From NCBI GenBank assembly GCA_951406725.2, contig OX597829.1, forward strand, positions 5,952,001 to 6,016,000: a DNA stretch of 64,000 bases, written 5' to 3'. The stretch is from Octopus vulgaris (Eukaryota). The notes under the pieces were generated by a model. It did no database searches. It had not been told where the DNA came from and saw nothing but the letters and a program-made list of their open reading frames with translations. Shown piece by piece: positions 12,045 to 25,830 of the stretch (its first letter is position 1; every line of letters starts with the position of its first letter). Both the position numbers and the translations under genes were made by a program.

Positions 12045-14850
12045 TTTCGCAGTACCACAGGGAGAGTTGACCATGAAATGCCATCTTACACCGCTGGTCA
12101 AAATGTACTTCCAGTTCTGTCTGGATTTCGCCATTCTTTTCCATGTTGACCCAAATTGCTTAAATAAATCGTCTTCCCATTGTCGTGCTGATCTTCCAAG
12201 TGGACTTTTCCAGTCTCTTGGATACAATTCGGCCACTGCATGGGTCCATCTGTTGTCTGTGAATACTTGCAACATGTCAGGTCCAGTGGAAATTATGCTT
12301 TCAGTATTCCACGATCACATCGTTCACCTTCCTCCGTTCATATCTCGAATAGGATCTTGTAATGATAATCCTAGCGTGGATCTTTCCATGGCTCTTTGTG
12401 TCGTAGCCAATCAATGTTCTGTTCTCTTTGTATTAGCCTACGTCACACTCGCGTATAAGAGCGCATGTACGACGGCGTTATTGAAGAATCTGTCAAGAAT
12501 GGTATTGTCTATTTTTGTTTGGAGCACATCCTTTATTCAGTTAAATTCCTTCCGTCCTGCCCTTATTATCTTTGAGATTTCCTCAACCATATGTAGGAGC
12601 ATATTCACTGTGTGTCTTAAGTCTGCGTACTTGTTTACCTCCTCGGTTTCATCGTTTCCCATCTCTATTCGGCCTTGCGCTACGTCTTCCGAGCATACAT
12701 ATTTTGTTTCATGTGGTTCTTTTTAAGGCCTACTGCTAAGCTATAACCGTCCAACTCTGCACCTGGCTTGATATCAGTTACAAGTACAATGTCGTCTGTG
12801 ATTCGGAGATGTGTTAGTTGCTCGCCATTGATGTTTACACCTCTTGTTCAGTTAATGTTCTTCATGGCTATTTCTTGATATGTGGGAAAGAGGTTTGGAG
12901 AGATAAATTCTCCTTGCTTGACATCTTTTCCAAGTTAAATCTTTGCTAGTGGTAACAGTAGAGCTATATCCGTTGTGCATCCAAAGATTTGATCTGTTTC
13001 CTACATTTTGGCTCGATATCTTACTTTCCAGAGATTTCAACACTGCGTTCATCTTGACACTATGAAAGGCTTTTACGTAATCAACAAAAGTAATACAGAA
13101 GAGACTTGTATTCATTCGCTCGTTCTATGACTTGTGTTAGAGGGAATATGTTGCCCATTGTACTGAGGTCTTATGGAAACCTGCTCATTCTTCCGGCTAT
13201 TGGTCGTCCGGAAGTTTCGACTATCACCTTCGTAAACCGCTAATAGAGTTGAGAAAAGAGACATATGTGACGATAGTCTTTTAAATATTCCTTTTCTCCC
13301 TTCTTATAAAGCAAGATGGTATTTGACTCTTTCTACTGTGAGGGTATTTTACCCTCCTTTACATAGCAACTAAGGCGTAGAATGAGGATTTTCCACAGAT
13401 CTTTACTCGTGCATCTTAACATTTCTGTTGTGATGCCATATTTCCCAGGAACTTTCTCTGCTTTCATCAATTAGAAGGCATTTTCAGTTTCACTTACTAG
13501 AATAGGTGACAGCTCTTTCAACGTTTGTGATGGTGGATGATCGAGCTTCACTGGTGACTTTAAAAAGTTGGTGTTGCAAACAACTTCAATCTCCTGTTTG
13601 ATCCCTGCGACATTATTATTTTAAGCGCCGTCACCTTTGATCTGTAGAGTGCCGACACACCCCTGCATCTTTTTAAATTTCTTCTCCCTTCTTCAACCTG
13701 CATCAGTTTCTCCCATCTATAGTTCTTGAAGTCTTTTCTTAAATGTTTCCAGTGAACGGAATACTCGAGGTGGTTTTTCCAATTCCTTTTCATCGGCTTC
13801 CGTTTCTATAGCATTTTCTTCGTCTCCACCGAGATTCTTCCGCCAGGCTTCCGTTGGTTTGCAGTTTTTGCTTTCCAGATGCAACTTCTAGTTTTCTGGA
13901 TCAGCAAATTGTAGTCCTCATCGAGCTCTTCAGTTTGACTCCAAATTTTCTTCTTGATAGCTTCCTGCAGCTATATTATTTACATTATTTATATTTAACG
14001 GATATTTGTCTTCATTTTGTTTATTTTTAACACAACGTTTTGGCTGATATAACCTCCGTCAAATGTAAATAATGTAAGTATTGTACCTAATTCCACATCT
14101 CTTAAAAATAGAACTGTAATTTCCTGCAACTACTTCGCAACAATATTCTTAACGTGTTGATCATTCACTGAGATATGCAGAGCCATTTTCTCTTTGATTT
14201 CATTGATCACTAGTAAGCAATGAACACTTCGTGCAGTATGTATCGGTTGTCGGCCAGGATATAGTCACTTCAAGCCATACAGATCCATATTCTTCTAGGT
14301 TGCTTCTTGAATATACCGTTTCCAGTATAAAGTTCTCTTGTTTCTGCCGTAGTAACTAAGCGTTCTCTTTTGTTTCTCTTTCTTGATCTAAACTTACCAA
14401 CATATTTCTCACCCTGACATCCTTTTTTAACCTTTGCGATGAAATCTACGACTAAGGCGTAAGTGAATTTGAGCTATCACTTTTCCTAGCTCTTGGAAGA
14501 ATTCTTCTACTTCATCTTTCTGGGAGCAGAGATTCGGGCGATCTTCAGGGTAGCACTTCTTGAGAGACGAACGTTTAGCACTCGTGATTTCAGTATATAA
14601 TATGCCTCATTTGTTTTTGTGTAGTGGCGGCAGTTAGTTATTGTGTTTGTGGAAAATGTTTGGTGTGTTATGAACAGCAGTATTATCATTTGTGCATTTT
14701 GGCTGGGTATTTTGTTTGCTAGGGTGACATATTTCTTTTCAGGAAATGTACCTTGCTGGCGTAATTGCGCTGCTGAAAATTTCGAGAATGTTGGGTATTT
14801 GATATCCCAACATTCTTTAAGTCACTTCAAGTGGCCTACCAAGCGGTCTT
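12045..14850 (-). mobile_element. RTE-clade LINE, near full-length ORF decayed by stops and frameshifts
   Basis: Minus-strand peptides include the C-terminal ELYPRDWKSPLGRSARQWEDDL...WKRMAKSRQNWK and the RT motif FVDYVKAFHSV. An endonuclease-like region lies at about 14100-14700. Confidence 0.85.
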
Positions 14851-15147
14851 CTCTAGTCTTTCTGTAATACTGATATAGGTTTTGGTTCATTTCAGAAATC
14901 CAGTGAAATTTTACTCGATAGTTCCACGATCTGCGATAGCTAACTCTTTCGTCGCCATGGTGTATGTATATTATACATTTCACTATCTGATTACAGCTAC
15001 GATTTTTCCAAACAGGTTTACTCAAAGGAGGTTACACCTTCTTTTACCAGGCTTGTATTAATGATAAAAATTGTAGGGGATAGTATTCATCATCCGCGAG
15101 AAAGAATAGTTCTCCATGTCAACGTGTCTATATTCTACACCATGCTT

Positions 15148-15179
<32 letters not shown>

Positions 15180-15431
15180 TGTATGTATGTATGTATGTAT
15201 GTATGTATGTATGTATGTATGTATGTATGTAGGTATGTATGTATGTATGTATGTATGTATCTGTCTGTATCTGTCTGTCTGACTCTCTGCCTAAATATCT
15301 GTCTGTCTGCCTGTCTGTCTCTCTCTCTCTCTCTCTCTGTGTCTCTGTTTCTATATATCTATATCTATAACTATATATATGTATATGTATATATGTATGT
15401 ATGTATCTATCTATATATTTGGCTCGTCTTT

Positions 15432-15800
15432 TAACTTTTACGTTTTACTAGTTTCAGCCAGAGGCTGACGCGGGGTGGGGCATTGCCTTCCACTGTGATT
15501 GGGTTTCTATTCTGTATCGTTTCTAGTTAAGAAGTTAGTTGAATGAGTTGGACAGAGCTGCTTTTCTTTGTGACCCCTGCCATTATGTGGGCTTATCTGC
15601 CCAGTTAAAATTTTGTCCAGACGTCTCCGAAGAGCTCTACATCTACACCACGGAAATCCATGAAGCTGTTAGAAAAATGTTGAATAGTTGGGGACCCTTG
15701 AAACCCAAGCTGTTGCAATACTTCGCTTATTCTAGATGGAAAAAAACTGGATCTACAGTACTATGCAGTGCCGTCCTGTTCAGTGGTTGGTATAGCTTAT
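15432..15800 (-). mobile_element. CR1-clade LINE 3' end fragment
   Basis: Minus strand reads YCNSLGFKGPQLFNI...RLDK...AALSNS, with a tail related to 42240-42430. Confidence 0.6.
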
Positions 15801-15914
15801 CTTCTCAGGTCTCGGAAGTACGTGTTCTACGTGCTCAAAAGTTTACGTAACGTGGAGTTTGGATATATACAATCATTATCCCTGTCTCTATCTATCTGTC
15901 TCTCTTTCTGTCTA

Positions 15915-15975
<61 letters not shown>

Positions 15976-18334
15976 GACACACACACGCATATATATATAA
16001 AAAAACACATGAAAATCATTATTATAGCATGGTACGTAAAAGCGGATATGGGCATGTCATATGATAAACGCTAAATATAGAACAACTGTCTTCGTGTTTT
16101 GTTCGACTTACACACCGACATTCACGATGCATTATAATAAAAATAAATATAAAAAGATAATGGATAACAAAACGAAAGGAATATAAAATATCGCTTTAAT
16201 CTCAGTAATTTATTTAATTGTGTGAAGAGGCGGTACAATTCACTTATTTAAGCAGTCATTCACAGAGTTTATCTATCTATCAAGCGTTTTGTTGATTCGA
16301 TATGAACTTGGTTTCAAATCTTACTATCAACACGTCTCTATGAGATACGGAGTTACCAAGCTGAATGGAGAGCAACCATGTGAAAATACGCATTGATTTA
16401 GAACATCGATGCAAAGTGAGGATTTCGTCTGAAAACAAAATAAATAAATGAAAATAAAAATATATTTTAAGAATTGGGTTTAAGCTTGTTAAATTAAAAA
16501 CTGTGATTAGTGGGCGTGGATTAGATTTCCGATATCACCAATATTTATTGTTGGGTGGTGGTGGTGGTGGGGGCACTTCTCTTGACTTTGCAGTACACCA
16601 ATGTACTTAGGTTATATGCAATGAATGCATTTTCTGTGCAGTAGTCTGGCAAGCCTCAGGAATAATGTGTGATGTATGTGCGAATTAAAATGTTGTCTTC
16701 GACATGAACAAAACTGAAGTTCATTTCAAATTTCAGAACTCAATGAACTTCAAAGTTAGGTCGTATATTTAAATTGACACCAAAATTTGGCAAGCGTCTC
16801 ACTAAATATTAATGTCTTATAGTATGTCGTTCATAGAGTGATTCCAGAATATCTCAAGTTATCTTCTTACACTGTAATTCTATAATGCATCCATATGTTT
16901 TTTCCTTTGTGTATAGAAAACCATTGTATTACACTTTACTGAATGAGGTCTTTTAAGTGATTAAGTTATCAACGAATCTTAGAAAAAGTAGGTAAGAGAA
17001 GGGCAAGGGAAAAATCTACAACATAGCACAAGAAGATCTGACAACGTTAAATTCTAGAAATTTTGATGATATGCATATTAAAGCTAATTTTCCTTCAATA
17101 CAATATAATTGGTGGAATTACTGCGAATTGCTACTTAAGGAGAGAGAATTACTTCTAAGTTTATTTTTATTATGTTGAAAAACCATTATCAAAGAGTGAA
17201 AAGTACATACATAAATTTATTACAGTCTCCGGTATTGGTGGATAGTACCATTTCATCCTCTTTCTGTACTCTTCAGCACGACATAACTGGAGATTTGAGA
17301 ATTAGTTAATCTAAATTAATTTAAAAATTAAAAAAACGCGTTACATCAGAATAAATTATTCAACCTGTTTCTTATCTTATCACATTATTATTCCCTACAG
17401 CTAAGACCATTCATGGGGATTGTTTTCATAAATACTAGTTTGGCATGCCTCCAAAACTGTTGTTACTTATTTTGGAGGTGTTGCTCCAATATGTACATAA
17501 AAATTTAGCTGATGACCTAAGTTAACTACTTTTATGATAACCCTTCTCGTACTACAATCAAAACTATGTAAAGTACAATTATTTGAAAAGATTATATACA
17601 AGGCAGTTAATAAATTTTTGCAGCCATCACAGCTAAGACAATTCACGAGGATTTTTTTCATAAGTTTATTTTTGAGAAAAATTGCTGGCAATAATTTTGA
17701 AGGCGTTACTCCAGCATGGCTAAAACAGCCTCAAAGATAAGGACCTGGATAATGGTTGTTGCTAGTTATCAGGTATATTACTTGTTAGTAAAAACTGTGG
17801 TTTCGGGTTAGATCCTATGGCAAAACTCGCTTGCTGATCGAAACCATGGAATTGAAATTTGGTAAACAGAAAGACTGCTACTCATTTATGAGGGACTTAC
17901 ATTTATGAGTGGTAGATTTGGGTCTTTGCTACTATAGAAGAATCCACACTGTTTCAAACATTCGGGTCTGTAGTGTGTGTGTATATACGTAGACGCGCAC
18001 ATACACACACTTACACACACATACACATACGCTTATTAAACACTTCTTTTCATTCTACTAATTAATTATATACCAAAATCTTTAACATGTAAGCACACTT
18101 AATGTTCCATATAAAGTCAACAGGTATTATTTTCATACAATTTGCCGCTCACAAACACCGCTTTCGTGACGTTTTCATTTCTGTATACAGGTATACCCAT
18201 TTAAAATTTTAACCGTTAAATATTGATTGACTTTAAAATATTCTAATCCCACTGAAGATGAAGAAGACATTTTCTATTCAAATTTTTTTGTTTCAAAATT
18301 ATTCTCGGATACATAACCATACAAAGTTGCGGTG

Positions 18335-18493
18335 AAAGAGTACAGCAGGTTTCGCTACCACCCCCTGCCGGAGCCTCGTGGAGCTTTTAGGTGTTTTCGC
18401 TCAATAAACACTCACAATACCTGGTCTGGGATTCGAAACTGCGATCCTATGACCGCGAGTCCGCTGTCCTAACCACTGGACCATTGCGCCTCC
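18335..18493 (-). mobile_element. tRNA-derived SINE family C
   Basis: Reverse complement ggaggcgcaatggtccagtggttagg (A box) ... gtttcgaatcccagacc (B box), followed by a non-tRNA body. Confidence 0.8.
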
Positions 18494-19162
18494 ACATATA
18501 TGTATACATATATGAGTATATGTGCGTGTGTGCATATGCATATTCGTATACGTCACATTTTCTGTGGTTGCTCATATCTGTTAAAATGTATATTTGATGA
18601 GCACTGTTGTTTATATCCGCCTGGATGAGATTGATGCATTGCTGATCATTATTCATCCTATCGGATGTATTTTGAATGCGTTCATTGAAACGTATGTCGG
18701 TGATATGAAAATATAAACGATTTAATAAACATCTCCAGCGTTTATCTCCATTTAAAATTTTTCTTATTTTCTCCTAAATACGTCTCACTTCTTCCCGGAA
18801 TCACATCCCACACAAGTGTGACTATTGTTTCCTGGGACACTTAAGCAACATTTAGCTACCTTGTAATTATTTCCCTGGATCATTATTATAAATTGTAAGA
18901 TCATATATACATACGTACATGGTGGCTGCCCCCTCGTTATCGAGTATGGCCATTGCACGACGCTTAATCAATGTTGTTATCGTGCAATGCCTGTGCAAGA
19001 AGATTTTTTTTAAAATGAGGAAAGGCTGTGCACTGAGTCAATCCCACTCACTATACATACATACATACATACATACATACATACATACATACATACATAC
19101 ATACATACATACATACATGCATGCATACATACATGCATAATACATACATGCATACTACATAC

Positions 19163-19198
<36 letters not shown>

Positions 19199-19200
19199 AT

Positions 19201-20068
19201 TCCTTTATTCCTTTACTTGTTTCAGTCATTTGACTGCGGCCATGCTGGAGCACCATATTTAGTCGTACAAATCGATCCCTGGAGTTATTCGTTGTAAACT
19301 TATTGTATCGGCCACTTCTGGCAAACCGCTACGTTACGGGGGCGGAAACATACCGACATCGGCGTGGTGTGGGAGTAGCACAGACAAACAAATACATACA
19401 TAAATATATACATATACATATATATATATATATAATATACATAATTTACAAGATAAGGGCACAAGAAGAATTCTAATGCCAAACATGCCGATACAAAAAA
19501 AATTTTTGTCGATAACCATTAAAATTTATGCGTCTCGAAACAAACCGATAGAAATCTCTAAAAAATTCATAAGAAATTTTCATAAGAAATTTTCCCCTCT
19601 TCAGCGATAAATACGCGAGATATAAATGAAATACTTACTCATACCCACGGAAAAAGCAAGCACTAAGTCCCGAGCAGACTTAAGAACCCCAAATATATCC
19701 AAAATAGAAAAATCCTCGGCGCACCTTGAGACACATATGATTCGAACTAGAAACTTTCACAGAGTGATAGAATCCGGAAGTGAACACTAATCTATTTATA
19801 ATTAATATAGGATAAAAATTTTTTCGAGAAAAAATTTTATCAATGGCCAGCATATCAAAAAATGCCTCTAAAGGTAAAAATTTATACATAATTTACAAGA
19901 TAAGGGTAAAAGAAGAATTCTAATGCCAAATATGCCGAAACAATATTAATTAGAATTCTTCTTCTGCCCTTATCTTGTAAATTATGTATAAAGTTTTACC
20001 TTTAAAGGCATTTTTTGATATGCTGGCCATTGATAAAATTTTTTTCCCGAAAAAAATTTCATCCTGTA

Positions 20069-20167
<99 letters not shown>

Positions 20168-20318
20168 TGCATATATAAAGGAGCCCGGCAACCAGATCCA
20201 CTCAAGGCTTTGGTCGACCCGTGCTTATAGTAGAAGATAATTGTCCAATGTACTACACAGTGGAATTGAATCCGGAGCCATGGGGTTGGGAAGCAAGCTT
20301 CTTACATCACAGCCACTC
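19201..20318 (-). mobile_element. tRNA-derived SINE family B (CORE-like), split by an insertion in its internal microsatellite
   Basis: Tail half at 19201-19395 (cttgtttcagtcatttgactgcggccatgctggagcacc) and head half at about 20180-20318. Compare the contiguous copy at 28232-28636. Confidence 0.75.
19435..20075. mobile_element. Penelope-like terminal module with direct plus inverted repeat
   Basis: Direct repeat 19437-19495/19884-19942 and inverted arms 19799-19924/19949-20075. TCRYKKNF resembles the PLE C-terminal KCRHKNKF. Confidence 0.6.
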
Positions 20319-20557
20319 TGAGAGAGACAAAGTTACTTACACATACACACGCACACATACACACACACATACACACACATACACACATACACACACACAC
20401 ACGCACACACCATACATATACATAAATCAACAGTGGACCTCCATATATACATCCAGCTTTTAAGGCGATATCCATGATACTTAGAAAATAGTTCCTTCCA
20501 ATGAAATAACTATTTCTAAAATACAATAGTATATGACATCCACCACAAAACAAATAA

Positions 20558-20596
<39 letters not shown>

Positions 20597-20619
20597 AAGT
20601 AAGCAACACGAATATCTTC

Positions 20620-20675
<56 letters not shown>

Positions 20676-20931
20676 TAATAATTAGAGGGAATATTATTCC
20701 TAACTTACAGGGAATAATTCAATTTAGAAATACTAAATCAAATTTCACAAAATATAATATATACATAAAAAATTAGAAAACAAAACACCTTTTATCAATT
20801 CGAAATGAACAATAAATTACGCCATCTACAAAATTACATATAATAGAAATATTAAAAATAAAATAACAATAAAATACAGATGATTAAGTAAATTGCAAAA
20901 AAATAAGAAAAACGCATATAATTGGTAGAAT

Positions 20932-21032
20932 AACGACACGTTTTCGTGGCTATATTTAAGAAATGATTATAGTAAAAAACTTAATAGTAGTAGTAAAATT
21001 ACTTCAATATAAACATAGCCACTCATCAGGTT
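20932..21032 (-). ncRNA. Hammerhead ribozyme motif, inverted copy with 1-nt deletion in stem III
   Basis: Reverse complement reads aac-CTGATGA-gtggctatgttta...taaatatagccac-GAAA-acgt-GTC-gtt. Confidence 0.65.
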
Positions 21033-21616
21033 AAAAAAATACTACAATAATAAAATAATTAATTAATAAATATACGTAAATAATCTTTTAAAATATAAAT
21101 ATATTCTTTAATTATTGTATCTACTTATTTAGAATGATTTATTATTATTTTTATGAAGGGATCTAACGTATTACATCTAATTTAATTTGAGAATTTATTT
21201 TCTTAGACAATATATTATATAATAATTAGATGGTATATATATATATTAAGTAGTATTAAATTTAAGTAAATTAGGTATTATATTAATTGATATTTAGTCA
21301 ACTATATTATTGAGTGATATATTAAATCTATAGAAACTACACATATATATTAATTATATAGTTAGCTTATTTAATGAGTTTATATTTGATCCATTTCATA
21401 TTTTGATTACAATATTAATGGCTTGTACTAGCATTGTGTATATTAATTAATTTTAAAGTATTGTATAATTCAAGTATTGTTTTTAGTTTTCACTTAATGT
21501 ATATTTAGTATCTTATATATATATATATATATATATATTAAAGAGTATATTTATATTTTAAAAGATTATTTACGTATATTTATTAATTAATTATCTTATT
21601 ATTGTAGTTTGTTTTT

Positions 21617-21718
21617 AACCTGATGAGTGGCTATATTTATTTCGAAGTGATTTTACTACTACTATTAATTTTTTTACTATAATCATTTCTTAAATATAGC
21701 CACGAAACACGTGTCGTT
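21617..21718 (+). ncRNA. Type I hammerhead ribozyme (minimal stem III, long stem II)
   Basis: aac-CTGATGA-gtggctatattta...taaatatagccac-GAAAC-acgt-GTC-gtt. Stem I is 3 bp, stem II is a perfect 13 bp, the loop ACGT is palindromic, and the GUC site is at 21713-21715. Confidence 0.85.
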
Positions 21719-22051
21719 ATTCTACCAAATACATTTTTTTTATTATTTTGCAATTTACTTAATCATCGGTATATTATTGTTCATTTTGAATTGATAAAAG
21801 GTGTTTTTCTAATTTATATATATATATATATATATTTATACACATAAATACATATAAACATACATACATATATACATACATAACGTTATAAAATGGATGA
21901 TTGATACAGAGAGAGATTTACGATCAAACAAGTTCCATCGAAATGTTGCTTATTACTACACAACGGACATCTTTATTCAGTATTTGTCTTTCATTTTCAC
22001 TAACCCGGAACCATGTGGTTGGTAAGCAAGCTACTTACCACACAGTCACTC

Positions 22052-22085
<34 letters not shown>

Positions 22086-22088
<3 letters not shown>

Positions 22089-22250
22089 GACGGCCTTCTT
22101 TCAGTTTACGTCTGCCAAATCCCCTTAGAAGGCTTTGGTCAGCCCGAGGCTGTAGTAGGAAACATTTGCTCGAGGTTCCACACAGTAGGACTGAACCCGG
22201 AACCTGGTGGCTGGGAAGCAAGTTCCTTACCACACAGCCACACGCCTGCG
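22086..22250 (-). mobile_element. SINE family B head half (extra head fragment at about 22000-22050)
   Basis: ttcagtttacgtctgccaaatcc...ggactgaacccggaacctggtggctgggaagcaagttccttaccacacagccac. Confidence 0.85.
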
Positions 22251-22287
22251 ACTACCCCCCCCCCACATATATATATATATACATATA

Positions 22288-22344
<57 letters not shown>

Positions 22345-22702
22345 ACATATATATACATATATATATGTATATATACATATGTATGTATATACGTATATAC
22401 ATATGTATACGTATATGTATATATATATATATATATAAATATATATATACATACATATATACATATATGTGCATACATATATATCTTCGTAAATACATGT
22501 ACATTCATATATATTACATAGACATTTATATTTGTATACACTCACACACGCACACATATATATGTATATATTCATATATGTGTCTATGTATATACGTACG
22601 AGTCAGTAAATATATGTATGTCTGCATATATGCATACATGTACATCGAATTGCACCAATACGAGACTAATATTTAAGAATATCAGTAGTGATATTATTAT
22701 TA

Positions 22703-22739
<37 letters not shown>

Positions 22740-22748
22740 CATTATTAC

Positions 22749-22820
<72 letters not shown>

Positions 22821-23461
22821 TAACGGGGTTGTTGGCAGTGGTGGTGCTGCCGCTGGTGTTGAAGATGATGCTGATGATGGAATTGATAAGAAAGAAGAGG
22901 AAACAAATCCAAAGAGGAACGACAAAGGAAAAAAGAAAGAAGAAAAAAAAAAGACAAAAGTTTTCTTAAAAGAGCAGAGATCAAAAGAGACCGGAGTTAA
23001 TAATTTGAAAGCAATAGATATCAAAGAACGCGCGGATGAAGTGAAAGCGAACAACAGCAATAACATCAACAACGATAACGAAAAGAAAGATGAAATCAGA
23101 TCTCGAAGATAGACTCATAGCAACGAGCCAGGAAATTATATACATACATACATACATACATACATACATACATACATAGATTTATATATATATATATACA
23201 ATATATGTATGTATGAATATATACTTCTGCATATACATATATGTGTGTGTGTGTATGTTTATACATATATGTCTCTATAAATATGTAGTTATATATAAAT
23301 ATATATATATGTGTGTATGTATGTATATGTATATATATTTATATATGTATGTGTATATATGTCATATATCTTTGTTGGGGACATGATTCTGCCATTGTGT
23401 ATGTATATATATGTATATATATGTACATTTATATATGTATGTATATGTGTATATATGTCAT

Positions 23462-24420
23462 ATATCTTTGTTGGGGACATGATTCTGCCATTTGATGCGA
23501 AGGATTTTCCGCAGGCAGCGCAGGTGAAAGATATTTAGGCGACGCTCTTGGCATGTGTATGGCGTCCAAGTCTCACTTCCATACAGAGTGCTAAGTACAC
23601 ATGCCTGGTAAATCTCCATTTTTGTGGTCTTGGTCAGCTTATTGTTGTCCCATGCCCGTTTGGAGAGTTGGGCCATCGCAGCAGCTGCCTTGCCAATGCG
23701 TATATTGAGCTCAGCGTCAAGGGATAGGTTGTAGGTGACGGTAGAGCCAAGATAGGTAAACTTCTCCACCTCCTGTAATCTGTGGTCTCCAATATGTATG
23801 TTTGGGATGTCCGATGTAGCCTGACCCATGATGTTGGTCTTCTTGAGGCTGATAACTAAGCCAAAGTCGTTACATGCTTGCTCGAAACAGTTGATGAGCC
23901 TTTGTAGGGCTTCTTCTGTGTATGATACCAGAGCGGCATCATCAGCAAATAGCATCTCCTTGATCAGGACGCTTCTGATTTTGGTCTTGGCACGCAGGCG
24001 CGAGATATTGAACAGTTTCCCGTCACTTCTACTGTGCAGAAACACTCCATCATCTGATGTCTGAAAGGCATGTGAGAGCAGCAGCGAGAAGAAGATGCCA
24101 AATAATGTAGGAGCAAGGACACAAACTTGCTTTATCCCGTTTTTTATTTGGAAGGCGGCTGATGTGGAACCATTATGCTGAATGGTGCCTTGCATATCAT
24201 CATGGAAAGATTTGATGATCCTCAGCAGGTTTGGTGGACATCCGATTTTTTGGAGCAGGATGAAGAGGCCTTTTCTACTTACCAAGTCAAAGGCCTTTGT
24301 CAGATTAAGGAAGGCCATATATAATAGCATTTTCTGCTTCTGGACTTCTCCTGAAGTTGGCGTATGGAGAATATCATGTTGATCTGCTTCTTCTAAAGTC
24401 ACACTGCGATTCCGGATAAA
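23462..24420 (-). mobile_element. RTE-clade LINE RT region, inverted 5' segment
   Basis: YPESQCDFRRSRST, MIFSIRQLQEK, LYMAFLNLTKAFDLV, GIKQVCVLAPTLF and LFADDAAL, ending at WQNHVPNKDI. Confidence 0.93.
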
Positions 24421-24951
24421 TTCGAGAAGCAAACAGTTGTAGCCTGGACAGGATAACGCACTCCTCACACAAAGACGTATGAGATGGCTTGGATATGTTA
24501 GCCGTATGGAAGATGGCAGAATCCCCAAGAACATACTCTACGGAGAGCTTGCTAGGGAAACTAGGTCTGTGGGAAGACCGTTCTTACGATACAAGGATGT
24601 TTTCAAAAGGGACACGAAGGCCTGCAACATCAATATTAGCAATTGGGAAGCAGTTGCCAGCAACCGTGGAGATTGGCAACGTACCGTAAAAGAGGGAACA
24701 CAAAGGAGTGACATACAGAGAGAGGAGAAATGGAAAGACAAGAAAAGACGTCAACAAGAAACTATGGCATTACAACCAGCCAGGAACAGTCTTCGCTACA
24801 TTTGCGGCACCTGCCAGAGGGAGTGTTTGTCCAGGATAGGACTACACAGCCACAGCAGGAAATGTATTAGGACATGAAATGTAAAAGCCGGACTAGATTA
24901 TTTTATGCGCAACTCCATTGTCTCCCAAGACAAAAAGGATGCCAACAACAA
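24421..24951 (+). mobile_element. RTE-clade LINE 3' segment with C2H2 finger and (CAA) tail
   Basis: NALLTQRRMRWLGYVSRMEDGRIPK...CGTCQRECLSRIGLHSHSRKC*. The 3' end ggatgccaacaacaa runs into (TA)n. Confidence 0.93.
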
Positions 24952-25295
24952 TATCATATATATATATATATATATATATATGAAGGAATGAGAATAAAGC
25001 TGATAAAATAAAGGAAATCAAGAAGACTGTATACACATATAAACATACATACTTGCATAAATACATACATACATACATACATACATACATACATACATAC
25101 ATACATACATACATACATACATACATACATACATACATGCATACATGCATACATACACACATACATACATACATGCGTGCAAAAATGCGCACATACAAAC
25201 ATACACATATACACACATACATGCACGCACGCACGCACACAAGAATGCATGTGACTATCTTTGTCTTTCTATATTTCTGTCTGTCTGTCTCTCAC

Positions 25296-25373
<78 letters not shown>

Positions 25374-25478
25374 CGAGTGTGTGTGTATACACACATAATC
25401 ATATATTTATATATGTATATATACACACATACAGACAGACACACATACATACACGTCTACACTGTAGTAACGGATGCA

Positions 25479-25509
<31 letters not shown>

Positions 25510-25639
25510 TAACTGAGAGTGAGTGACGCAATGTGTAGTGTACTGAAATATAGAAATAGTGAAATACATAGAGAGATGTCAAGAAGGATTAATGAAAAGC
25601 AGGGAAAACCAAAGAGGTTTAAGGCAGATTAAGGAAAAC

Positions 25640-25830
25640 TAGAAATGTCGTAGCAATATCACACGGCACTAATGTATATTTGGCAATTTTGGGAAAGGTA
25701 ACAAGATGCCAGAAACTATGTTCTGTAGAAAGGTGTAAGATCATGAATAGAAACATACGTTGACCTGGAACCATGTATACAATATGTAAGAATAGCAACA
25801 ATTGATACATTTCCCGGAACTCTAATAATA
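25640..25830 (-). mobile_element. Possible PLE zinc-finger/GIY-YIG remnant
   Basis: TYCIHGSRSTYVSIHDLT and CQIYIS resemble I.GPK.T..I...FTC and C.K.YIG. Confidence 0.3.

Larger units (their letters stand above)
20668..21817. mobile_element. AT-rich PLE-type fold-back module with a hammerhead in each inverted arm
   Basis: Inverted arms at about 20770-21111 and 21538-21815, bounded by (TA)n on both sides. Confidence 0.7.

Noticed and set aside
11986-12726. 246-aa plus-strand ORF
   Set aside because: It is antisense to the RTE LINE remnant.
18420-18493. tRNA gene
   Set aside because: A and B boxes are present, but the cloverleaf is imperfect and a SINE body is attached.
19525-19606. Minus-strand CTGAAGA...GAGAC hammerhead candidate
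   Set aside because: The second box is mutated and the helices are unconvincing, so it was not counted.
22618-23112. 164-aa ORF with poly-I, poly-S and Lys/Glu-rich tail
   Set aside because: It is a chain of triplet microsatellites and A-rich sequence with no domain or splice evidence.
23458-24534. 358-aa ORF as an intact RT gene
   Set aside because: It crosses the inversion breakpoint, and its N-terminus is antisense or frameshifted sequence.
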